Part shown: piece by piece, positions 47,699 through 56,334 of the stretch | Layout of the letters: the number at the start of each line of letters is the position of its first letter | Numbering within the stretch: the first letter of the stretch is position 1 | Assembly (NCBI GenBank): GCA_037142615.1 | Contig: JBAXAI010000001.1 | Coordinates: 416,001 to 480,000, forward strand | Length of the DNA stretch: 64,000 nucleotides | Source: Spirochaetales bacterium | GTDB lineage: Bacteria > Spirochaetota > Spirochaetia > JABEVK01 | Direction: 5' to 3' | Program-made: the position numbers and the translations under genes | The notes under the pieces: generated by a model | Database searches by the model: none | Told to the model about the DNA's origin: nothing | What the model saw: the letters and a program-made list of their open reading frames with translations, nothing else

Positions 47699-50629
47699 CT
47701 ACAGAAGTTTGAGCCGTTTGCCCTCTGCCAGGTACTGGGCGTTCCAGTACGGCCGGTGTAGAAACTCCTGCCGCTGAAGGGGGTCCTCGATCCGGCTGGC
47801 CCGAGTTTGGATGTCCTTCAGGGCCCTTCCGAGCAGAGTTAGGCGTAGCGCCTCTTGTTCGGCGACGTTCCGAGGAAGCACGAGATAGTACCAGAAGTAG
47901 TACTGGCCAGAGGTGATGTCGAGGTCGAGAAGGCTTTTTTGCGCAAGGAGCGTCTGAAACCGTTGGCTGGCAGCTTCGGCGTTCTCGAGCAAGCCTTCCA
48001 ACAGGACCGTAAAGGCCTCGGCCTGCCCTTCGAGCACGCCTTTTTCGCCGGCTTTGGCCAGCACGCGGTCCTCAAGGGCGCTGAACCCGGTGGACCAAGG
48101 CGTGCCTTCGCCACAGAAGGGTTGAGTCGGTTTGACCAGCTTCAGGCCTCGGCGCACCGTGTCGAGGGCCAAGGCCGGGTTTCGGTCAAAATAGTGGGCT
48201 TCCGAAAGGAAGAAGTTTCTCTCCAGGCCCTCGGGCAAGGCTTCAAACATGGCGCGGGCCACCCGGGTGTTCCCGGAATAGGCTTCGCAGCGGCCTTTCC
48301 AGAGGCCCAGAACTTCGTTGGAGCCCTCGCGCCCATAATTCTGGCCTACTCTTTGCGCCGCCTCGAGGTATTCCAGCGCCTTCGCGTAGTCACCCCGGTC
48401 GAACTCCAGCCTGGCCCTGAGAAACAGAACAAAAAGCCGGGCCTGCTGCATCCCGCTGCGAACAATCACAGGTTCCAGACGGTCAAGAGTTTTGACAGAA
48501 GCGCTCAGGTGCCCCAAAAGGAACAGGCTCATTGCGTCGAGGATAGAGTTCTGCACCACGCCATAAAGGGAACCATTCTTTTCGGCCATGCGCGAAGCGA
48601 TGTCAAAGTAGTCTCGGCCTTCCTCGAGTTTCTTGCGGCGCAAGAGGGTGAGGCCGATTTCTGTGTTGGCCCGCGTCTCGAGCAGGCCGAGATTCTGCTC
48701 CTGCGCCGCCAACAGCGCGCGCTTGAGCCGACCAAAACCCTCGACGAGGTTACCGATGCGAAGGTGAAACCGTCCCTGTTGGAGCAACCACTCGGGGCTC
48801 GGTGCGTTTTCGGTCTTCGGGGTGAAGAAGCGCCGAAAAGCGTCAATCGACTCGGGGGTCCAGCTCTTTCCTGGCTGATTGAGCGCAAAACGCAGTTTTG
48901 ACGCGGCGGCCAGTTGCCTCAATGCATCGCGGGCTTCCTCGGGCTGAACCTCTTCCCACAACTCGGGCCGGAGTATTGTCAGAAAGTCACCTTCGCCGCG
49001 GTCGATCTTGTGGGTGATGTAGTGGGAAAGCACAGCGGTAGCGGCGGGGTACTGCCGGTAAGAGTGCAGCAGCGCAAAGACGATTTCTGAAAGTCGCTTC
49101 TCGTGGAGCCACCACTGGTACAAGAACTCACCAAACTTCTGCCTCAGGGCTCCTACTTCGGCCCCGAGCCTTTCGCGAAGTGGGGTCTGGAAGTCGGGCC
49201 TCAGGGCAAGACTCCCGTCTCCAAAGGCCAGGAAGCCAAGATTCTTAAGATTCTGAACCTTGTCGCGAATGACGGCAGCGTCTTCGCCAAGGAACTGGAA
49301 GAAGTCGATGAGCCGAGCTTCGTCGAGAAGCGATCTCCCTTCGAGGAAGATGAGGTAGACCTTGTGGTGGGACGTATCGAGCGACAGCAGCAGTGCCCAG
49401 CTTGGATCTTGCCCGGGGCCTTCGACACCCCAGCACTTTTCTTGAAGTCCGATCAAATAGTGCGCGACCGAAGCGCCCCGGTCGTCACACAGGGCAACCA
49501 CCGCGGGCGGAAGCGGGGGAAATCGGTCGCCCCAACCTCTGTTTTCTCGCTCTTTGGAAAGTCGTGCGGCGTTCAGCGCCGGGAAGCTCCAGGCGAGGCT
49601 GGGCCCGCGAGCCAGAAACTCCCGGTTCGCAGCCGGTTCCAGAAGTAGAACCCAAAGACCATCGCGCGATACCAGTGGGGCGAGCACGTCCTCCAGAAGG
49701 GCCGCGGTTGAGGGCTCATAGTCCTGAGGCGACAGGAACACGAACACAGGAGGAAGGCCCCTTTCGCGCAGGCGCCCGATCACCGCCCGATAGTAGGCTG
49801 TCAAGGCAACGGTAACGTCCTCGCGGCTGGAATCTCCCGGAAACTCGGCCGCGCCACGGGAACGTAGCAAAAGCTGCCACGGGGGACTTTCTGCCTCGAG
49901 CCGATCGAGAATCTGGCCATCGATTTGCCCGAGGAGCTGGGTCAGGAAGTCACGGCTGGAGTCCAGAGGAAATACCACGGGAAAGTCTTCCTGACTGCCG
50001 TAAAGGTGCTGAAGAATAGCCCTCAGCACGTAGACCTTTTCTGACAGATGGTTGCCTTTGAGGCGAACCACCTTGCCTGCGGTCGATGTCTGGTCGGGGG
50101 GCAGTTGTCGGGCCAGGGGCACTTGCAGCCCGTCTACCCAGCCGGTTACTTCCAGCAGCTGCCAAAACGATAGCGGAGTGATGACCTCTTTCGGAGGTGG
50201 CCCGAGGACTTCTGCGAGCGGATCGCCGGGCTCCACGGGAAAGACGCCAGAGAGCTGGGGAAGAACGGTTTGACCTGCCCAGACCGAGTTTTCCTTGGGT
50301 GCGACAAACAACAGTGCCTTCAGGCGCCCAAAAACTTGCAGGTCGTCGGGCGAATCATCCCGCTCCAACAGTAGGTTGAAGCCAAACAACTCGTCTTTTT
50401 TTCGCTCCAACGATTCGCGGGTCAGGAAGAGGAAATCCGACACCAGGTGCAGGACCTTTTCTCTTTGCGGGTGGAACGAAAAGAGGAAGAATCCGTTCTG
50501 CTCGCGAACCAGTTTTCCACCCCGGTTGGCGCTGAAATGCTCGAGCAGGCCACGAAGCTCGGCGACCTCAGAAGTGCGCAACCGAGAGAGTTGGCGGTAG
50601 TTCGCGATTTCCACGAGGACGTAGTACAT
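47699..50629 (-). CDS. Large hypothetical protein with TPR-like C-terminal half
   Basis: 976-aa ORF; helical repeats such as ARLEFDRGDYAKALEYLEAA. Confidence 0.8.
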   Translation of the reverse strand: MYYVLVEIANYRQLSRLRTSEVAELRGLLEHFSANRGGKLVREQNGFFLFSFHPQREKVLHLVSDFLFLTRESLERKKDELFGFNLLLERDDSPDDLQVFGRLKALLFVAPKENSVWAGQTVLPQLSGVFPVEPGDPLAEVLGPPPKEVITPLSFWQLLEVTGWVDGLQVPLARQLPPDQTSTAGKVVRLKGNHLSEKVYVLRAILQHLYGSQEDFPVVFPLDSSRDFLTQLLGQIDGQILDRLEAESPPWQLLLRSRGAAEFPGDSSREDVTVALTAYYRAVIGRLRERGLPPVFVFLSPQDYEPSTAALLEDVLAPLVSRDGLWVLLLEPAANREFLARGPSLAWSFPALNAARLSKERENRGWGDRFPPLPPAVVALCDDRGASVAHYLIGLQEKCWGVEGPGQDPSWALLLSLDTSHHKVYLIFLEGRSLLDEARLIDFFQFLGEDAAVIRDKVQNLKNLGFLAFGDGSLALRPDFQTPLRERLGAEVGALRQKFGEFLYQWWLHEKRLSEIVFALLHSYRQYPAATAVLSHYITHKIDRGEGDFLTILRPELWEEVQPEEARDALRQLAAASKLRFALNQPGKSWTPESIDAFRRFFTPKTENAPSPEWLLQQGRFHLRIGNLVEGFGRLKRALLAAQEQNLGLLETRANTEIGLTLLRRKKLEEGRDYFDIASRMAEKNGSLYGVVQNSILDAMSLFLLGHLSASVKTLDRLEPVIVRSGMQQARLFVLFLRARLEFDRGDYAKALEYLEAAQRVGQNYGREGSNEVLGLWKGRCEAYSGNTRVARAMFEALPEGLERNFFLSEAHYFDRNPALALDTVRRGLKLVKPTQPFCGEGTPWSTGFSALEDRVLAKAGEKGVLEGQAEAFTVLLEGLLENAEAASQRFQTLLAQKSLLDLDITSGQYYFWYYLVLPRNVAEQEALRLTLLGRALKDIQTRASRIEDPLQRQEFLHRPYWNAQYLAEGKRLKLL

Positions 50630-50703
50630 AACCAGTAAATCGGTAGAAAAAATCGCTTCTTGACGGATTTCCCCGGCGCTGGTAGCCTGATCGCGTAATT
50701 GCC

Positions 50704-52659
50704 ATGCCCGAACTTCTTCAAAACTTCATTTACAACTCGTTCTGGGCCAAGGCTCTTGTTGCAGTTGTGCTTTTTCTCTATCTGCTCAAGTTAGGCAAAG
50801 ACTCTTCTATCGCTGTGCTGCCGTCGTTCCGTTTGTTGGTGCCAGTCCTGCTCGCCACGGACTTCGCGTTGGCGTTACTTCCGCACTTTGTCATTTTTCC
50901 CGTATTCCAGGCTTTAGCTGTCCAGCTTGTGTATTATCAGGTGTTGGGCCGTGTCACCGGCAAGGCTCGGTATCCTCTGGTTTTTTGGCTTTTCGGAGGC
51001 GTTTCCCTGTTGGTAGCGGGAGCGTCTTCGCTGGCGGATCTGCCATGGTTTGCGAGCCTCTTGTTCCCACTGGTCTCGCTGGGGTTGTGGATCAACTTCG
51101 GCGCCCAGCTTTACTGTGTTTCCGAGTACAACACCGAGAACAGTCTCGAAATCCGCCTGGCTCGGCGAAATCTGGTCCAAATTCAGATCGGTGTCACGTC
51201 GCTGGTACTGATTCTGACTCCTTGGGGGGGCTACCTCAACCCGATCGTCCAGATGCTGGTGTTGCCGGGAAGTTACCTGATCCACCTGCTGACGCTCAAC
51301 CGGTGGGAGCAGGGCCAGCAGGTGGCTTCCACCCACCACGTCGAGGCGCTCGAGAAGAATCTCGGGTCGCTCTTTGAGTTCATGATCGCCATCGGCAACG
51401 CCATCAGCGAAAAACTCGAGATCGACAAGGTGCTCGAGTTCGTCGTCCGATCGGCCGTCAAGGCCACTGCCGCCGACGGCGGGGCCATCTTCCTCGTTGA
51501 CGAGTTCGAAGATGTCCTCCGGGTCAAGGCCGTAGAAGGTGACTTTCCTCCCCCCTACGCGGTCCCGGCCAAGGTGAAGGCCAAGATTACGAGCCTGAGC
51601 GAGTACTTCGTCTCGACCCCGATTCCGCTGAACAAGACCATTGTCGGCGAGTGCGCGATGGGACGCAAAGGAGTGTACATCCGCGATACGAGGCTTGACC
51701 CGCGGATGGCTCAAAACGCGGCGCTCGACCAACTGCACATCTCGAGCATCATCCTCGTGCCCTTGATGCAAGGTACCAAGGTGTTTGGCGTGCTGGCCAT
51801 TGTTTCACGGCGAGGCAACTTTCAGTTCACCGTCGATCATTATTCTCAGATCAAGACTTTCGCCGACTACACTTCGCTCACCATCAACAGCCTGTTCACC
51901 TACCTGCAGCTCCTCGAAAAGCAGGAAATGGAAAAAGAGGTTGGAATCGCCGCCGAGATTCAGGGTCAGTTGCTGCCCGGAAGTCTCCCCAGGGTGTCGA
52001 GCGTGTCGCTGGCCGCCTTTTCCCAGCCAGCCAAGGGCGTTTCGGGCGACTACTACGACATTATCAGCATTCGCAAGGGACACATCATGCTGGCTGTGTG
52101 CGACGTGGCGGGCAAGGGAATCCCGGCGTCGCTTGTCATGGTGATGATCCGCACCATCATTCATCTGGTGGCGCATCAGCCCGGAATGCACGTCAGCCGC
52201 ATCCTCGACGTGGTCAACTGGGGCATTGCCGGCAAGGTGTCGCTCGACCGTTTTGCGACCGTCGCCTTGTTGACTTACGACTTTGCCCAGCATAAGCTGG
52301 AGTACTCCAACGCGGCGCACCACCCGCTCCTGATTTACCGCGCCGTTTCGCGGTCGTTCGAAACCTTCGATACCGAGGGGATTCCGATCGGTCTCGAGAA
52401 AAAAACGCGCTACGAGCAAGTGGAAACCCAGCTGGGAAAAGGAGATATCGTCATTCTGTACACCGACGGTATCATCGAGGCCATGAACGAAAAGGGTATG
52501 CAGTACACCTACGAATCGTTGCAAAGTGTTGTCGAAAAAAACTGCGAAAAGGCCCCCGAGGCACTTAAGCGCGCCATCATCGAAGATGTGAACGCTTTTG
52601 TCGGCAAGGCTCGCCAACACGACGACCAGACTTTTGTCCTGATGAAGGTTGAGAACTAA
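50704..52659 (+). CDS. Membrane GAF plus SpoIIE/PP2C (RsbU-type) phosphatase
   Basis: N-terminal TM segments, GAF domain, IAAEIQ..LLP, VSGDYYD, DVAGKG, YTDGIIEA, HDDQT. Confidence 0.93.
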   Translation: MPELLQNFIYNSFWAKALVAVVLFLYLLKLGKDSSIAVLPSFRLLVPVLLATDFALALLPHFVIFPVFQALAVQLVYYQVLGRVTGKARYPLVFWLFGGVSLLVAGASSLADLPWFASLLFPLVSLGLWINFGAQLYCVSEYNTENSLEIRLARRNLVQIQIGVTSLVLILTPWGGYLNPIVQMLVLPGSYLIHLLTLNRWEQGQQVASTHHVEALEKNLGSLFEFMIAIGNAISEKLEIDKVLEFVVRSAVKATAADGGAIFLVDEFEDVLRVKAVEGDFPPPYAVPAKVKAKITSLSEYFVSTPIPLNKTIVGECAMGRKGVYIRDTRLDPRMAQNAALDQLHISSIILVPLMQGTKVFGVLAIVSRRGNFQFTVDHYSQIKTFADYTSLTINSLFTYLQLLEKQEMEKEVGIAAEIQGQLLPGSLPRVSSVSLAAFSQPAKGVSGDYYDIISIRKGHIMLAVCDVAGKGIPASLVMVMIRTIIHLVAHQPGMHVSRILDVVNWGIAGKVSLDRFATVALLTYDFAQHKLEYSNAAHHPLLIYRAVSRSFETFDTEGIPIGLEKKTRYEQVETQLGKGDIVILYTDGIIEAMNEKGMQYTYESLQSVVEKNCEKAPEALKRAIIEDVNAFVGKARQHDDQTFVLMKVEN

Positions 52660-52671
52660 GGAGATCTGTCC

Positions 52672-53013
52672 ATGGATCTGAAAATCAGAAAGCACACCGA
52701 GACCTACATCATCGACGTCAATGGTGAAATGGACCTCTACAATTCCTACAAGCTCAAAGAACTCGTGATGAAGATGCTCGAAAAGAAAGTGGAGCAGTTC
52801 GTGATCAACCTGGAAAACGTGGACTACATCGACTCCTCCGGCATCGGCGCACTCATCTACATCTGCTCGACAATCAAGAAGATGAACCTCAAGCTTGTGA
52901 TCTGCAACATCCACGGCTCGGTCAAAAAAGTCATCGAATTGACCAAGTTGATGGGCTATTTCCCCATTGCTGGGACGGTCGAAGATTCCTTGCAGAAGAT
53001 CGCTTCGCAGTAA
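52672..53013 (+). CDS. STAS anti-sigma-factor antagonist (RsbV/SpoIIAA-like)
   Basis: GEMDLYN, VDYIDSSGIGAL. Confidence 0.94.
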   Translation: MDLKIRKHTETYIIDVNGEMDLYNSYKLKELVMKMLEKKVEQFVINLENVDYIDSSGIGALIYICSTIKKMNLKLVICNIHGSVKKVIELTKLMGYFPIAGTVEDSLQKIASQ

Positions 53014-53026
53014 CAGAGAGGATCGT

Positions 53027-53575
53027 ATGCCCAACGATATCAAAGAACTGATCGTCAACCCCCAGCACCCGCTCTTTGACAAGACTGGTATGTTCTTCAA
53101 GGAGTTCCCCAGCGACTTCCGACAGATCCGCTACTTCACGCTGCTGATCGTCCAGAAGGCCCCGCCCGAAATCAAGGAACTCAACCTGCTCGAACAGCAG
53201 ATCAGTGAAGTGATCAAAAACGCTGTCAAACATGGCAACCACAGCAATCCTGAAAAGAAGATCCGGGTTTGGTACAGTTTCTCGACGGCTCACGCCCACA
53301 TCATCGTGGAAGATCAGGGAGAAGGATTTCAGGGAATCGAAACCTGGAACGCGTTCAACCGCAAGCGGGTCGAGTGTTTTGTCGCCCAGAACTTCGAGGA
53401 CCTCGCGCAATACGTCAGCTACAAAACCCCCCGCAGTGATGATCACGACGGGGGCAACGCGATGTTTGCTGCCGTGGAGTACTGGAACGATGGCGTGGTC
53501 TACGACACCCCTCGCACCAGCGTTGCCGTGGGAAAAACCTTCCAGCAACGGCGCCACGGCGTCGAAATCCTGTAG
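53027..53575 (+). CDS. Anti-sigma-type ATP-binding kinase (HATPase_c_2)
   Basis: SEVIKNAVKHGN, IVEDQGEGF, DDHDGGNAM. Confidence 0.85.
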   Translation: MPNDIKELIVNPQHPLFDKTGMFFKEFPSDFRQIRYFTLLIVQKAPPEIKELNLLEQQISEVIKNAVKHGNHSNPEKKIRVWYSFSTAHAHIIVEDQGEGFQGIETWNAFNRKRVECFVAQNFEDLAQYVSYKTPRSDDHDGGNAMFAAVEYWNDGVVYDTPRTSVAVGKTFQQRRHGVEIL

Positions 53576-53579
53576 CTTG

Positions 53580-54263
53580 CTACGGTAGAACGCTGGTGAC
53601 GGGGTTGGCCCCGGGATCGAAGGGAAGCGAAGTCCCGAGCTCGAACCATTGAAGGTCGGTGACAAGCCAATGATCCGAACTGCTTTCCAGATACAGCAGG
53701 CCCTTCGCGGCACGGTCGGAATCTCGCAGAAGGAAAGGCCTGAGCAACCCGCCCTCTTCGGGAGAAATCGGTAGCCCCCAACGAACCTTCGAAGCCCCCC
53801 AGCCTGAGTCCTTGAGCGCCTGGAAGCGACCCTTGAGGTAAGCCGTCCACCGCTGGCTCGTCAAGCCGCCGTCGAAGCCCCTGCCGCTGAGTTGGGCCAG
53901 AAACTTGCGCGCGACCTGGGCCGCTTCGTCGGTGCCAGAGTCCAGGGGGCCGAGGTCGAAATCCCGAACCAAGGCAGACGAAAACGCCTGCCTCTGGAGA
54001 AGAAACTCCTTGCCGGTCAATAAGCTCTGATCAAACACCCTTGCGGTTGCCGGAACGGGAGCCGCCCTCGAGGCCGGGCGTGCACCCGGAGCGTTGGGAA
54101 CGGCCCCGGGCGCAGGGGTTCCGGGCGCAGGGGTTCCCGACTGGGTGCGTCCCGGTGGCGGCGTCACGACCTTGGGAGGCACAGGTTTGGCCGGAGTGCA
54201 GCCGGTCAGCAGGGCAAGGGCAAGAACCCCGGCCAAGGTCGAGCGGTAAAGAGTGGTGGGCAC
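53580..54263 (-). CDS. Putative lipoprotein with Pro-rich linker
   Basis: Lipobox LLTG-C; GTPAP repeats; start uncertain. Confidence 0.65.
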   Translation of the reverse strand: MPTTLYRSTLAGVLALALLTGCTPAKPVPPKVVTPPPGRTQSGTPAPGTPAPGAVPNAPGARPASRAAPVPATARVFDQSLLTGKEFLLQRQAFSSALVRDFDLGPLDSGTDEAAQVARKFLAQLSGRGFDGGLTSQRWTAYLKGRFQALKDSGWGASKVRWGLPISPEEGGLLRPFLLRDSDRAAKGLLYLESSSDHWLVTDLQWFELGTSLPFDPGANPVTSVLP

Positions 54264-54319
54264 TTCACCATCGTAGTCGAGTCTGGACAACCCGTCCAGA
54301 AGCCCCTACAATCCCGGTC

Positions 54320-55597
54320 ATGAGCGCTCACGAAGACATCTTGCGGCATCTGGAACGCGACTATACCAATCCCATCCGCGACCCGCTCTGGAAGCACATC
54401 TACCTCACCCCGGCGCTCGAGAAGGCGATTCGGACGCCGCCTTTTGTGCGGTTGGGGCGCCTCAAACAGTTGGGTTTGGCCGTCCAGGTGTATCCGGGGG
54501 CCACACACACCCGGGCCAACCACAGTCTGGGAGTGTTTCATCTGGCAAAGCGGATGATCCACTCCATTGTCCTTTCACCGTCGTACCCGGGCCACCTGAC
54601 TCTCGAGGGAGTGAAGGCCTTTCTCTGCGCCTCGCTTTTTCACGACCTGGGGCACTTCCCCTACGCCCATGTGTTGGAAGACGGTCTGGCCGTGCGCTTC
54701 CACGAGGAACTGACCGGACTCGCCCTGCAGGATTCAGAATTGACCTCCGTTCTGAAGCACGAGGTTGCCATCGAACCGGCCTTCTGTGCGGCTATCGTCG
54801 ATAAATCGCTCGATTACGCGCCTGGCAAAGACCAGATCAAATTCTTCCGGCGCCTGTTGTCGGGCGTGCTCGACCCCGACAAACTCGACTATCTGAACCG
54901 TGACGCCTACTTTTGCGGTGTTCCCTACGGCATCCAGGATCCAGACTTCATCATTAGCCAAATGATTCCCCACCGCGAACTGGGCATCGGCATTCATCCC
55001 AAGGGAATTCTCAGCGTTGAGCACCTGCTGTTCTCGAAGTACCTGATGTACAAATCGGTCTACTGGCACAAAGGGGTGCGGTCGCCGTCGGCGCTCATCA
55101 AGAAGGCCCTGACTCTCGCGATCCGTGACGGTGTCTTGTCGCCCGAGGCCCTTTACCACGAAGACGATGCCAGTTTTGCCCCGAAACTCGCCGGTTTCGA
55201 CCACCCGGCGCTGCGCAAGATCGCGGTGGCCGAAACACCCGGAAGCTACGTGACGCTGCACGAACAGCCTTACGACGAGCACGGCCTGTTCAGCCTTCGC
55301 ATCAACGACAGCCAGAGCCTCATGGAAACCGAAGACGAGATTCGCCGGGAACTCGAAAAGGAACTCGGCGTTGCGCTTGATCCGGAAGACATCTCGATCG
55401 ACGTCCCCCATTCGGTGTCTTTTGAGGTCGACCTTCCCATCCTGCGGGACGGCCGTCAGAAGAACTTCACCGACGCCGGCACTGTCTTTGACGCCAGCGT
55501 CGTTGCCGGGTTCACCACCAACCTCAAGAAGTTGCGCCTGGTGGGCCCCCGTGCCCTGAAAGGAAAACTTCGCCAGCCTGAGCGCTTCTTCCTCTAG
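54320..55597 (+). CDS. HD-domain phosphohydrolase (dNTPase-like)
   Basis: IRDPLW, RLKQLG..VYPGATHTR..HSLG, HDLGHFPYAH, DPDKLDYLNRD, MYKSVYWHK. Confidence 0.92.
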   Translation: MSAHEDILRHLERDYTNPIRDPLWKHIYLTPALEKAIRTPPFVRLGRLKQLGLAVQVYPGATHTRANHSLGVFHLAKRMIHSIVLSPSYPGHLTLEGVKAFLCASLFHDLGHFPYAHVLEDGLAVRFHEELTGLALQDSELTSVLKHEVAIEPAFCAAIVDKSLDYAPGKDQIKFFRRLLSGVLDPDKLDYLNRDAYFCGVPYGIQDPDFIISQMIPHRELGIGIHPKGILSVEHLLFSKYLMYKSVYWHKGVRSPSALIKKALTLAIRDGVLSPEALYHEDDASFAPKLAGFDHPALRKIAVAETPGSYVTLHEQPYDEHGLFSLRINDSQSLMETEDEIRRELEKELGVALDPEDISIDVPHSVSFEVDLPILRDGRQKNFTDAGTVFDASVVAGFTTNLKKLRLVGPRALKGKLRQPERFFL

Positions 55598-55644
55598 CTT
55601 GCGTGGCCCTTCGATTGAGCCTAGACTAGGGACAGGAGGCACCG

Positions 55645-56334
55645 ATGCGCGTTCACAATCTGGTCAAGGATCTGGTGGTGCAGAAGGTCGACGAGATGTT
55701 TTCCGACCCGGCTGAACTCAAAGCTGCCCATCTGGACTCCGACGATCAGGGGAGCAAGTTCGACGTCATCTGCTACGTGCTCAACCGGATGCCTCCCCAT
55801 TACGTGGTCTCGGGGCGCGGGATCGCCCATGCCGAGAGCGGCGACTTCCAGGCCAAGGTCCAGAGCCTTGCCGATATGACACGAATCACCCGGGAAGGAA
55901 TGGCGTCGATAGCCAAGCACAAACGGGAGCGCACGGGCTCGTACGAAGTCGGCACCGATGGTCCCTACTTCAACTTTCCCTCGGTCATCGGCCGCTTGTT
56001 CAATGGTGTCAACTTCGAGCCTGTCCACGACATCGACTTGGGCCTCTATCACAACGGAACTCTGGTGAAGGTCATCGACCCCAATTGGCAGAATCCGTAC
56101 CGTCTGGTGCTCAATACGGCAGGAACCTACTTGTTCTGGCCCCATCCTGTCCAAGCACCCGCACTGGGGTCCGAGCAAGCCTTCGAGTTTGAGCTCCGAA
56201 CCGACGACCCACGGTTCGAGCCGCTGCACTACTTCTTCACGCTCAACGTTTCCTCCTCGCAGGAGTTCATCGATTTCGTCAACACTACGGCTTCGACGCG
56301 CCTTAAGGACCTTTACCTCTTTCCCCGTGAATAG
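55645..56334 (+). CDS. ComFB-family protein with C-terminal extension
   Basis: VHNLVKDLV...DVICYVLNRMPPHYV (ComFB pattern); AGGAGG RBS; TTGCGT-17-TAGACT promoter at 55599-55627. Confidence 0.85.
   Translation: MRVHNLVKDLVVQKVDEMFSDPAELKAAHLDSDDQGSKFDVICYVLNRMPPHYVVSGRGIAHAESGDFQAKVQSLADMTRITREGMASIAKHKRERTGSYEVGTDGPYFNFPSVIGRLFNGVNFEPVHDIDLGLYHNGTLVKVIDPNWQNPYRLVLNTAGTYLFWPHPVQAPALGSEQAFEFELRTDDPRFEPLHYFFTLNVSSSQEFIDFVNTTASTRLKDLYLFPRE

Noticed and set aside
54106-54137. 15-bp tandem repeat CCGGGCGCAGGGGTT
   Set aside because: Encodes an ordinary GTPAP Pro-rich linker in the lipoprotein.
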